The notes below the pieces were generated by a model. The model worked only from the letters and a program-made list of their open reading frames with translations. It did not search any database and was not told where the DNA came from. From IMG/VR virus record IMGVR_UViG_3300035661_000001, positions 310,001-374,000 of that record: 64,000 nt of DNA. One strand, 5' to 3'. Each line of letters opens with the position of its first letter. Position 1 is the first letter of the stretch. Made by a program: the position numbers and the translations under genes. Shown here piece after piece: positions 50,498 to 58,911 of this stretch.

Positions 50498-50728
50498 ATG
50501 AAAATGTTAACAAAAGAGCAGCATTTATTATTGAAAAAATTAAATGCTCGAAAAAATAACTGTCAAAAATCGTCCATTTGGTTTAATTGTGAGTTGAAAA
50601 TTATGATTGGTGATCACTGGGAATGTTTCATTTGCGGAGAAAAACCAGCTTTTAAATCAAGTTTACTTGAAATTGATGAACATGGACTTAATCATTTGAA
50701 AGAAAGTAATTTATTATCATTTATTTAA
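50498..50728 (+). CDS. small C2H2-like zinc-finger protein; C-terminal LxxF-family member
   Basis: Start moved to the ATG at 50498, downstream of the promoter; CFIC-x15-HGLNH; ends ESNLLSFI*. Confidence 0.6.
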   Translation: MKMLTKEQHLLLKKLNARKNNCQKSSIWFNCELKIMIGDHWECFICGEKPAFKSSLLEIDEHGLNHLKESNLLSFI

Positions 50729-51442
50729 TTATACATCGTATTTAACTTTCATTTGATACCCGTATTTGGAAAAACGATCGTCAAGATAGCGTGGCACATG
50801 AGTTAACTTATATGTTTGATATAAATTATATTTTCTATCTAAATAAATAGTTGCATTTTCATAAATCCATTCACAAAATTTTGATACTTGTCGACTACCT
50901 CCAAAATCTAACCGGCAAGTGTTACCTGTATATCTTTCCGGACAATATATTTGTGAATTAATATTTATTGTTTTAAATATATTTTGTAGATATATGTTGA
51001 ATTCTTTTGTTGACACAATACTTATATTAAGTTGATCTTGATGTATATTAATACAGCCATCACCATCAAAATATCCTCTTATAAAATGTTTAACTAATTG
51101 ATCATCTAGCCAACTTGGAAAAACTATATTAAAACTTTTTGCGCCGTGGCAGCCTTTTTCTTTTAAACTATTTGATAGTTTCCTACCATTTAGTTCTAAT
51201 CTATAAGCTTTATATTTTCCCTTGTTTTTTAATTGTAAAAATGGTTCACGTGGTTTACCAAAAAAATTGGCGCACTTGAAAAGATGCTCTTTATCACGTT
51301 CTTGTAATTCGATGATGATTTGTCCGGTTTTTTCTTTGTTGTATGCATCGGCATAAAAGAAACCTAGCCAATATGCTTTTTCTTCAGTATCGATATTATC
51401 CATCAAAATTTGATTTGTACAATATTTTGTTTTAAATGTCAT
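50729..51442 (-). CDS. free-standing LAGLIDADG homing endonuclease
   Basis: Two motifs, AYWLGFFYADAY and HFIRGYFDGDGCI; ends ...IYLDRKY. Confidence 0.85.
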   Translation of the reverse strand: MTFKTKYCTNQILMDNIDTEEKAYWLGFFYADAYNKEKTGQIIIELQERDKEHLFKCANFFGKPREPFLQLKNKGKYKAYRLELNGRKLSNSLKEKGCHGAKSFNIVFPSWLDDQLVKHFIRGYFDGDGCINIHQDQLNISIVSTKEFNIYLQNIFKTININSQIYCPERYTGNTCRLDFGGSRQVSKFCEWIYENATIYLDRKYNLYQTYKLTHVPRYLDDRFSKYGYQMKVKYDV

Positions 51443-51507
51443 GAAAGAATATTAAACTATGCCTAAGATTACCGAAGTAAAATTTATTTTTAATTGTGAG
51501 GTGTACA

Positions 51508-52374
51508 GTGCCGGAAGGGGTTGAGGTGCGAATAAGCAGTGAATTAATTAAACCATTAGTGCAAAGCAAATATATAAGCAAAATTCGTTTTGATGATGAT
51601 AGTAGATATGGTGGACCATATAAATCATCACCTGAAGGTTATGAAAAATTCGTGTCAACTTTTAGGAAATTGGAAAATATTGGATATGTCGTTGAGCCTT
51701 TAAAAATAATAGATGTAAAATGTAAAGGTAAATTCATGTACTGGCAATTTGATAATGGCTGGTATATGTACTGCACATTTGGTATGACAGGGCAATGGTC
51801 TCCAACAGCAGGCAAACATGTTTGTTTACATATGAAATTATACGACGATGAAGATAATTTTAGTAATGTGTATTTTAATGATCCTCGACATTTTGGAACA
51901 ATCAAATTTATAGAAACTGAGGCTGAATTAAAAGCCAAATTAAATGAATTAGGTTGGGACCCTTTATCTGGTTCTGTAGATAAATGGGTGCCTTGGTTAA
52001 AATCAGAATTAACAAAATCTAAAAAACCCATTGGTCAAGTATTATTAGACCAAGCAATATTTGCTGGTGTTGGTAATTATATTAGAGCAGAAGCTCTTTA
52101 TGCATCCCAGATCTCCCCGTGGAGAATCTCTAATACTCTCTCAGGGCAGGATACAGAGGTTTTGTGTAAAGCTATCGTCGATGTTATGGAAGAGTCTTAT
52201 AAATGGCAAGGAGCTACCTTGCTGACTTACAAAGACGCTTATGGTAATGAAGGGAAATACGCTTCTTGTTTTAAAGTGTATGGTAAAAAAATCGATCCTT
52301 TTGGTAATCTGATAAAATCAGAGCCAACACCAGATGGCAGAACTATTCATTGGTGCCCTACAATTCAAAAATAA
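51508..52374 (+). CDS. Fpg/Nei family DNA glycosylase/AP lyase, zincless-finger type
   Basis: GTG at 51508 after GAGGTG gives M-P-E-G (catalytic Pro2/Glu3); KGKFM, FGMTG, FNDPRHFG, H2TH LLDQAIFAGVGNYIRAE; C-terminal GRTIHWCPTIQK without a 4-Cys finger. Confidence 0.92.
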   Translation: MPEGVEVRISSELIKPLVQSKYISKIRFDDDSRYGGPYKSSPEGYEKFVSTFRKLENIGYVVEPLKIIDVKCKGKFMYWQFDNGWYMYCTFGMTGQWSPTAGKHVCLHMKLYDDEDNFSNVYFNDPRHFGTIKFIETEAELKAKLNELGWDPLSGSVDKWVPWLKSELTKSKKPIGQVLLDQAIFAGVGNYIRAEALYASQISPWRISNTLSGQDTEVLCKAIVDVMEESYKWQGATLLTYKDAYGNEGKYASCFKVYGKKIDPFGNLIKSEPTPDGRTIHWCPTIQK

Positions 52375-52450
52375 TTTATAAATTGTTTTGTTTTTTAAAT
52401 TCTGTAACGTGTAGATATAGAGGTAGCAAATCTTTTTATAAGAGAAAAAT

Positions 52451-53443
52451 ATGTCGTTATTAAATAAGATATTGATATTTTTAGGCGTTGCGGTTGTAAT
52501 CTTTGGATTAGGCTTTATTATATACAAGCAAAACGAAATTTCTAACCGTCAGTTAGCAATTGAAGCTCAAATGGTTGGTCAAAAAGAATTGGCTGACAAT
52601 ATTATGAGGTCCCAAAACGGATATGCCACTAAAGATGATATTGAAAAGTTTATTAAAAACAATAATGTAAATTTACAAGCTATTCAAGATGATTTAGACA
52701 AGCTACATGCTAGTTTAATTGCTGCCAATACTATTACTGTCAATAGCCGTGAACAAACGATTACTAATCTACCTAGTAGTGGAACTGGTAGTGTTAATGT
52801 ATCTCCAGTTACGACAGATGTATATGGATATTTGAAAAAAACCCAGCTATTAAATATACATGAAGATTTTAATGGAACCTCAGTACCAATTGGGCAAATT
52901 GGTTTTAGTGCTTGGCAACCTAAGCCTTGGGATATAAAAATTTCTCCCAGAGAATACAAAGTTACAAATATTATAGGAACAGACGATAATCAGCGCGTCT
53001 ATGTTTATAATAAATTCAGCGTTAAAGTTGAAGGTAAAGATTATGATGTAAAAATATCTGCAGCGGAAACTAAACAAGAATTTCCAGAAGCCAAGTGGAG
53101 CTGGTGGAACCCTCGTTTATTTGTTGGTGTAGATGGCGGTGTGAATATTGGTACTACAGCACTGCCAACTAATGGCAGTCGTGTAAAAGGAGAATTTACT
53201 CCCAATCTTAGTCTTGGTATAATGAGCTATGGTAAATTCAAGAATCAACCAGATTTCTCGGTATTACAAATAGGTGTTGGTGTAGGAACAGTCTCCCAAA
53301 AACCACAACTTATAGTCACTCCGGTAGCGTATAATATTGGTAAACATATTCCATTTGTAAATAATACTTATCTAGCACCCTCATTAGCAGTAGGGGTAGA
53401 TGGTTCTGTTTCCCTTATGGGCGGTGTAAGAGTAGGATTATAA
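52451..53443 (+). CDS. N-terminally membrane-anchored protein with coiled coil and C-terminal amphipathic beta-strands
   Basis: Hydrophobic residues 7-25, heptad region, alternating strands ending SLMGGVRVGL. Confidence 0.55.
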   Translation: MSLLNKILIFLGVAVVIFGLGFIIYKQNEISNRQLAIEAQMVGQKELADNIMRSQNGYATKDDIEKFIKNNNVNLQAIQDDLDKLHASLIAANTITVNSREQTITNLPSSGTGSVNVSPVTTDVYGYLKKTQLLNIHEDFNGTSVPIGQIGFSAWQPKPWDIKISPREYKVTNIIGTDDNQRVYVYNKFSVKVEGKDYDVKISAAETKQEFPEAKWSWWNPRLFVGVDGGVNIGTTALPTNGSRVKGEFTPNLSLGIMSYGKFKNQPDFSVLQIGVGVGTVSQKPQLIVTPVAYNIGKHIPFVNNTYLAPSLAVGVDGSVSLMGGVRVGL

Positions 53444-54396
53444 TGAGTAAAAAGAAAGTTTTAATTACAGGTTCGTGTGGTTTTGTAATTGGCAATTTAA
53501 TTAGAAAAGCTATTTATGAAAAACAGCCATATCAATTTGTTAGTGTAGATAAAGTAAGCGTAAATGCTTTAAATTCTATGTACTGGAATAAAAATCATAC
53601 TTTTCATATTGCTGACATAAGAGATCAACATGTAATTGATGTTATTTTTCAATTTGAAAAGCCGGATATTGTTATTCATGGTGCGGCGGCAACTTCTTTT
53701 GATGAAGACCCTAATAGCTTAGTAAGCTCCAATGTATTAGGCACACAAGTTATGATTAATGCGTGTATAAAACATAAAGTGGATAAATTAATTTACATTA
53801 GTACTGATGAGGTGTACGGTCAATTATCTAATGAATCAGATGATTCTTGGACCGAAGATTCTCCAATGAATCCTAGAAATTTTTATGCGGCTACAAAAGC
53901 GTCTGGAGAACTATTGATAAGGGCAGCTCATCAGTCACATGGATTAAAATACAATATTACTCGTAGCTCAAATAATTATGGTCCTCGTCAAACTCCAGAC
54001 AAACTGGTGCCAAAAATAATTAAATGCGTATTACAAGATAGTAAAATTCCGGTATATGGTCAAGGCTTACAAATTAGAGATTGGACCCACGTTTTTGATA
54101 ATTGTGGGGCTATATTGACTATTTTAAATAAAGGTGAAGATAATCAAATATATAATATCTCTTCAAATCAGGAGTTTACAAATATTGAAGTCGTACAACA
54201 CGTTTGTAATGTTTTAAGTAAAGGTCATAATTTGATTGAACATATTGTTGATCCACGCGGAAATGGACATGATTTCAGATACGGTGTAAATTCTACTAAA
54301 ATTCGTTCACTAGGCTGGGAGCCAAAATTTAAATTCAAAGATGGTATAGTAAGTACCACAGAATGGTTCCAGGTAAACCAGTGGTTTATTAAATAA
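53443..54396 (+). CDS. dTDP-glucose 4,6-dehydratase-like NAD-dependent epimerase/dehydratase (RmlB-like)
   Basis: VLITGSCGFVIG, STDEVYG, YAATK, SNNYGPRQ, YGQGLQIRDW, GHDFRY. Confidence 0.88.
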   Translation: MSKKKVLITGSCGFVIGNLIRKAIYEKQPYQFVSVDKVSVNALNSMYWNKNHTFHIADIRDQHVIDVIFQFEKPDIVIHGAAATSFDEDPNSLVSSNVLGTQVMINACIKHKVDKLIYISTDEVYGQLSNESDDSWTEDSPMNPRNFYAATKASGELLIRAAHQSHGLKYNITRSSNNYGPRQTPDKLVPKIIKCVLQDSKIPVYGQGLQIRDWTHVFDNCGAILTILNKGEDNQIYNISSNQEFTNIEVVQHVCNVLSKGHNLIEHIVDPRGNGHDFRYGVNSTKIRSLGWEPKFKFKDGIVSTTEWFQVNQWFIK

Positions 54397-54408
54397 AGAA
54401 CAATAAAT

Positions 54409-54663
54409 ATGTCATTAAAAATTACTCTTGAACTGCTAAAATTAGCACATGATCATATAGAGATCAAGACTGGTCCTTACAGTAAAGGTAAGCACGCTTT
54501 AACGTTAGAAAAAAATGAATTAATGTTAGTAATCAATACTGGACATGAATTCAAAAATTTCTTATTAGATGAGGCGGACTTATTAAAAAATCCATACGAT
54601 TTGATTATGGAAATTAAAAGGATAGTCGAAAAACCCTCCATTAACCTAAGTGAGTTAAATTAA
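54409..54663 (+). CDS. hypothetical protein
   Basis: 84-aa ORF tightly packed between neighbouring genes. Confidence 0.55.
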   Translation: MSLKITLELLKLAHDHIEIKTGPYSKGKHALTLEKNELMLVINTGHEFKNFLLDEADLLKNPYDLIMEIKRIVEKPSINLSELN

Positions 54664-54664
54664 T

Positions 54665-56020
54665 ATGCCAGTAGTGCATTCTATACAACACGATAACCCA
54701 GAAGAATTGGTTGACGATATGACAAACGAAAACGAAGAGAAAGAACAGCAAGATAAATTAGCCGCCCTAAAAGCGAAAAGCCAGGCAAAACAACAAGAAA
54801 AAGAAGGTAAGATGGCTTCAAAAATAGTAGCGAAGAAAGAAAGAAGTTTGAATTTAGGTATTCTTGGTTCAGGTCAAGCCGGATCAAGAATCGCAGAATC
54901 TTTCTATAAACTTGGATACGATTCAGTTGTAGTTAATACTGCTATGCAAGATCTTAAGTTTATTGACATTCCAGATTCTAATAAATTACTGCTTGAATAT
55001 GGTTTAGGTGGAGCTGCAAAAGAAATAGAGATTGGTCGGGCGGCGGCAGAAGCACACCGTGGCTCCATATTAGATCTTGTTAATGACAAATTAGCAAATT
55101 CGCAGGTCAATTTACTATGTCTTAGTTTAGGCGGCGGATCCGGAGCAGGATCATGTGAAACATTAGTAGATCTACTATCTGAATTAGGCAAGCCATTAGT
55201 TGTTATTACTGTGCTTCCAATGGATACGGAAGATTCTCAAACCAAAAGCAATGCCCTAGAGACTTTATCAAAATTAGCTAAATTAACACAATCTAAAAAG
55301 GTTAACAATTTGATTGTAGTAGACAATGCAAAGATAGAAGCAATTTTGCATGATGTTAGTCAGGTAGATTTTTATGGTACGGCGAATAAAGCTATTGTTG
55401 ATCCAATAGATGTTTTCAACACCTTATCTTCAATGGCTTCTTCTACTAAAGCATTAGATCCAATGGAATGGTCAAAACTTTTCATTGACGGAGAAGGTAT
55501 AAGCGTCTATGGCGAATTCTCTGTAGATAATTATCAAGAAGATACTGCTATCGCAGAAGCTGTTATTAACAATTTGTCCGGCAATCTTCTTGCTGAAGGT
55601 TTTGATCTTAAGCAATCAAAATATGTAGGATTCATTATTGCTGCAAATAAGACGGTTTGGTCTAAAATCCCAGCATCAAGCGTCAATTATGCAAGTAGCA
55701 TGATTAACGATCTTTGTGGAAATCCAAAAGGCGTGTTCAAGGGAATGTATATTGTTGATTCTCTTGAAGATACCGTAAAAGTATTCTCTATGTTTTCTGG
55801 TCTTGGACTTCCCGCAGGAAGAATTGAACAGTTAAAAAGCGAAACTAAAGAGCTACAATCAAAAGCTAAGAATAAAGATGATTCTAGAAATTTGACTTTA
55901 CAGCTTGATACTGGAACTAGTGAGACTGTGTCAGCGGCTCAAAAAATCAAAGAGAAGATTGCTCAGAAATCTTCAGCTTTTGGCAAATTAATGGGCGGAG
56001 TTGTTGATCGTCGTAAATAA
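54665..56020 (+). CDS. tubulin/FtsZ-family GTPase (PhuZ/TubZ-like)
   Basis: GSGQAGSRIA, VVVNT, GLGGAAKE, tubulin signature LGGGSGAG, VLP, VVDN; the start could be 54665 or an internal ATG. Confidence 0.88.
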   Translation: MPVVHSIQHDNPEELVDDMTNENEEKEQQDKLAALKAKSQAKQQEKEGKMASKIVAKKERSLNLGILGSGQAGSRIAESFYKLGYDSVVVNTAMQDLKFIDIPDSNKLLLEYGLGGAAKEIEIGRAAAEAHRGSILDLVNDKLANSQVNLLCLSLGGGSGAGSCETLVDLLSELGKPLVVITVLPMDTEDSQTKSNALETLSKLAKLTQSKKVNNLIVVDNAKIEAILHDVSQVDFYGTANKAIVDPIDVFNTLSSMASSTKALDPMEWSKLFIDGEGISVYGEFSVDNYQEDTAIAEAVINNLSGNLLAEGFDLKQSKYVGFIIAANKTVWSKIPASSVNYASSMINDLCGNPKGVFKGMYIVDSLEDTVKVFSMFSGLGLPAGRIEQLKSETKELQSKAKNKDDSRNLTLQLDTGTSETVSAAQKIKEKIAQKSSAFGKLMGGVVDRRK

Positions 56021-56039
56021 AACTGTAATTTAAATGAAA

Positions 56040-56078
56040 ATCTCGGTCTTCTGATATATTTTGTCAGAAGACCGAGAT
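56040..56078. repeat. 15-bp inverted repeat with TGATATAT at the stem/loop junction (terminator and/or promoter hairpin)
   Basis: atctcggtcttctga-tatattttg-tcagaagaccgagat, followed by a T-run. Confidence 0.75.
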
Positions 56079-56084
56079 ATTTTT

Positions 56085-57542
56085 ATGAATGAAATTGTCG
56101 TTTTAAATAACAAAAAATGCGTCATCAAATCAGAGGACACAGAACTATTAAAAAAAGTAAAGAATTTTCTGTCGTTTAAAATGGCAGGAGCAGAGTATTC
56201 ACCGGCTTATCAAAATGGCTGGAATGGTATAACATATTTATTAACTAAAACTAATAAATTTGATTTGGGATTGTTATCCAAAGTAGAGAATTTTCTCACA
56301 GAAAAAGGTTTTGAATATCAAGTCACGGATACTCGTGCCCCCGTGCAATTTAATGAGCCTTTGGCTATTTCTGATAACTTAAAAAAACACGGATTCATAC
56401 CACGTGACTATCAGTTAAAAATGCTAGACGTAGCAATGAAGAACAATAAAGGAATTGTTCGAGCTTGTACGGGTGCGGGCAAAACACTTACTATTGCAAT
56501 GATTACGGCTCAACTAAATAAGCCGACTATGATTTATGTTATTGGATTGGATTTATTAGATCAATTTCACAAGTTATTCAGCAAACTATTTAATGAAAAA
56601 ATAGGTTACATTGGAAACGGCACTGTAGATATTGCACGAATAAATATCGCATCTATATGGACCGTTGGTAAGGCTTTAAAAATAGACAATCCAATTACTG
56701 ATGCTGAAGAATTAAATGATGGAGAAGTTTTTGTAGAAAGCAATAGAGATAAAATTGTAAATGCTCTCAAAGAATCTAAAGTTAGTTTTTTTGATGAGTC
56801 ACACGTTTGTACAACCAATACTATTTCTACAATTTATAAAAACATTAACCCTGAACATATCTACGGATTTAGCGGAACGCCATTTAGAGATGACGGCTCT
56901 GATCTTTTAATAAACGGTATTCTTGGAGAGCAAATTATTAATGTATCAGCCTCTGAATTAATAGACAAAGGTGTTCTAGCTAGACCGCTGATTAAATTCG
57001 TATCTGTGCCTAAAATGAGTTGTTCGGGACAATATCTTTCTGTGTATAAAGATTACATAGTGGAAAATGAAATAAGAAATAATCTTATTGTAGAGAACAC
57101 TAAATCTTTAATAGATAAAAAATATACTCCGCTAGTATTGTTTAAACAAATCAAACATGGAGAAATTATCTATCAAAAATTATTGGATGCAGGAATATTA
57201 TGCGCCATTTTGCATGGCAATGACGATTTGGAAAGACGACAAGAAGTAAAAGATCAATTGGTTAATGGTGAAATTCAAGCTATTGTAGCAAGTACTATTT
57301 TTGATATTGGTTTAGATTTACCACAACTAAGCGGATTAGTATTATGTGGTGGTGGTAAAAGTACCATCAGATGTTTACAGAGAGTTGGACGTGTACTTAG
57401 AATGGTGCCAGGTAAAAAATTTGCCGCTGTTATAGATTTTTATGACCAAGCAAAATTTTTAAAAAAACATGCACAGCTTCGGCACGCCACCTATGCATCT
57501 GAGCCTGGCTTTAAAGTAATAAAATCCAAGGAAATGAAGTAA
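56085..57542 (+). CDS. SF2 DNA helicase, UvsW-like
   Basis: PRDYQ, TGAGKT, DESH, SGTPFR, GLDLP, QRVGRVLR; likely start is the ATG at 56085, because the listed TTG lies inside the hairpin. Confidence 0.88.
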   Translation: MNEIVVLNNKKCVIKSEDTELLKKVKNFLSFKMAGAEYSPAYQNGWNGITYLLTKTNKFDLGLLSKVENFLTEKGFEYQVTDTRAPVQFNEPLAISDNLKKHGFIPRDYQLKMLDVAMKNNKGIVRACTGAGKTLTIAMITAQLNKPTMIYVIGLDLLDQFHKLFSKLFNEKIGYIGNGTVDIARINIASIWTVGKALKIDNPITDAEELNDGEVFVESNRDKIVNALKESKVSFFDESHVCTTNTISTIYKNINPEHIYGFSGTPFRDDGSDLLINGILGEQIINVSASELIDKGVLARPLIKFVSVPKMSCSGQYLSVYKDYIVENEIRNNLIVENTKSLIDKKYTPLVLFKQIKHGEIIYQKLLDAGILCAILHGNDDLERRQEVKDQLVNGEIQAIVASTIFDIGLDLPQLSGLVLCGGGKSTIRCLQRVGRVLRMVPGKKFAAVIDFYDQAKFLKKHAQLRHATYASEPGFKVIKSKEMK

Positions 57543-57544
57543 AT

Positions 57545-57572
57545 TTGACGAACTGCTATTCGGCGTTACATT
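57545..57572 (+). promoter_or_regulatory. sigma70-like promoter
   Basis: TTGACG-16 nt-TACATT, ending 21 nt upstream of the ATG at 57594. Confidence 0.55.
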
Positions 57573-57593
57573 GTAAGTACGTAAATACATACC

Positions 57594-57965
57594 ATGTCAA
57601 AACTTAATAATATTGGAATTATTCATAATGATTTTTATAAAGAACAATCAATTAATAATGTTATTAATGAAATAGAAATTTATATTATTCATCCTTTTCC
57701 AAAATTAGAAGTAATACAATTACCAAATATTTATATTAATCATAGCGCGTTAGCTGACGAGTTTTCAGAAAATGGCATTATGTATTTTTATGATCTTAAA
57801 ATTTGTAAAACAGATTTAGAAGAGTTGGTAACTCTGCGTCAATTCAAAAATGTCATGTTACTTAAAATGGAACATGATTTTTTGTTTGCTGACATGACCA
57901 TGTCTAAATTTTTAGAAGTAGCTAACAAAACTCGTCGGAAATCAAATCTGAAATTATTTTGGTGA
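57594..57965 (+). CDS. hypothetical protein; C-terminal LxxF-family member
   Basis: 123 aa ending RKSNLKLFW*. Confidence 0.6.
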   Translation: MSKLNNIGIIHNDFYKEQSINNVINEIEIYIIHPFPKLEVIQLPNIYINHSALADEFSENGIMYFYDLKICKTDLEELVTLRQFKNVMLLKMEHDFLFADMTMSKFLEVANKTRRKSNLKLFW

Positions 57966-57968
57966 TCA

Positions 57969-58145
57969 ATGCCTAAGAAAAAAGAAATAGATTTAACAGG
58001 AGGAATTTTAAATGAAGTTCCTAATGAATATTATAAGAAATTTTTCGATAAGTTCGAAGAGATAAAAATATTAGAAATTGAAAAATGGAAACCTGTACAT
58101 ATTTTTGTAATGATATATGGAAACAAAAATATGTACAATTTGTAA
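57969..58145 (+). pseudogene. orphan N-terminal fragment paralogous to the 58901 gene
   Basis: MPKKKEIDLTGGILNEVPNEYYKKFFDKFEEIKILEIEKWKPVHIF... aligns with ...GAPNEKYEKFFKKFEEVSILDPSSWSVTHLL of 58901; similarity stops at the HNH start. Confidence 0.75.
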
Positions 58146-58911
58146 TGACGAAAAAGATATTGAAGAATTTTTACTTAGAACTGATTCGGGAACTCGCCGA
58201 AAATCTTGCAAAAAATGCTACAATAGTAAAGTTACAAATTATAAGAAAATTAACAAAGATATTATTTCATTAAAAAATAAAAAATATCAAGAAATAAATA
58301 AAGACAGTAGAAGAACATACAGAAAAAAATATCACACAAATAATAAAGATCGTGAAAATACCCGTAGTATTAATTATGCAAATTCTAATCAAGAAAAAAT
58401 AGCAAGTTATCAAAAATCGTATAGGAATGATCATGTCGAAAAAATTAGCACTTATGGTATAGAGTATCGTAAAAAAAATAAAGATAAATTAAATAAAAAA
58501 CAAAGAATTTATTCAAAAACAAGAAAGAGCATTGACCCAGCATTCAAATTAAGATCTAGATTTTCAACTAGCATATGGATATCCTTAAATTCAAATAATA
58601 GTACTAAAAATGGAAATTCTATATTAAAATATCTTCCTTATTCTATACAAGAATTAAAAGAATATTTAGAAAAACAATTTGAGCACTGGATGAATTGGAA
58701 TAATTGGGGAAGATTTTCTAAATCATGGGATGATAATAATTTAAAAACATGGAAATGGCAAATAGATCATATTATTCCTCAAAGTATTTTACCATATACA
58801 TCTATGGAAGATAGTAATTTCAAGAAGTGTTGGGCATTAGAAAACTTAAGACCTTATTCTGCAAAATAAAATGTATTAGATGGAGTAACTAAAATAAGAC
58901 ATGAAAAATGA
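58117..58911 (+). pseudogene. HNH homing endonuclease (copy 3) with premature TAA at 58867-58869
   Basis: ...LRPYSAK*NVLDGVTKIRHEK*; the other two copies read YSAKQNVLDG / YSSKQNFLDG at this position. Confidence 0.8.

Noticed and set aside
2743-51471. TAAT-N5/6-(G/T/A)CAT as a late promoter (near 2743, 6744, 14021, 48552 and 51459 on the minus strand)
   Set aside because: Too degenerate and variably spaced to distinguish from chance in AT-rich intergenic DNA without a statistical test.
50459-51508. Listed starts at 50459 (TTG) and 51496 (GTG)
   Set aside because: 50459 is the -35 box of a promoter, and 51496 would bury the catalytic Pro2 of the Nei enzyme; 50498 and 51508 are preferred.
57969-58911. 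Group I intron containing HNH copy 3
   Set aside because: The flanking segments are duplicated N-termini rather than complementary exons, and there is no non-coding space for a ribozyme core.
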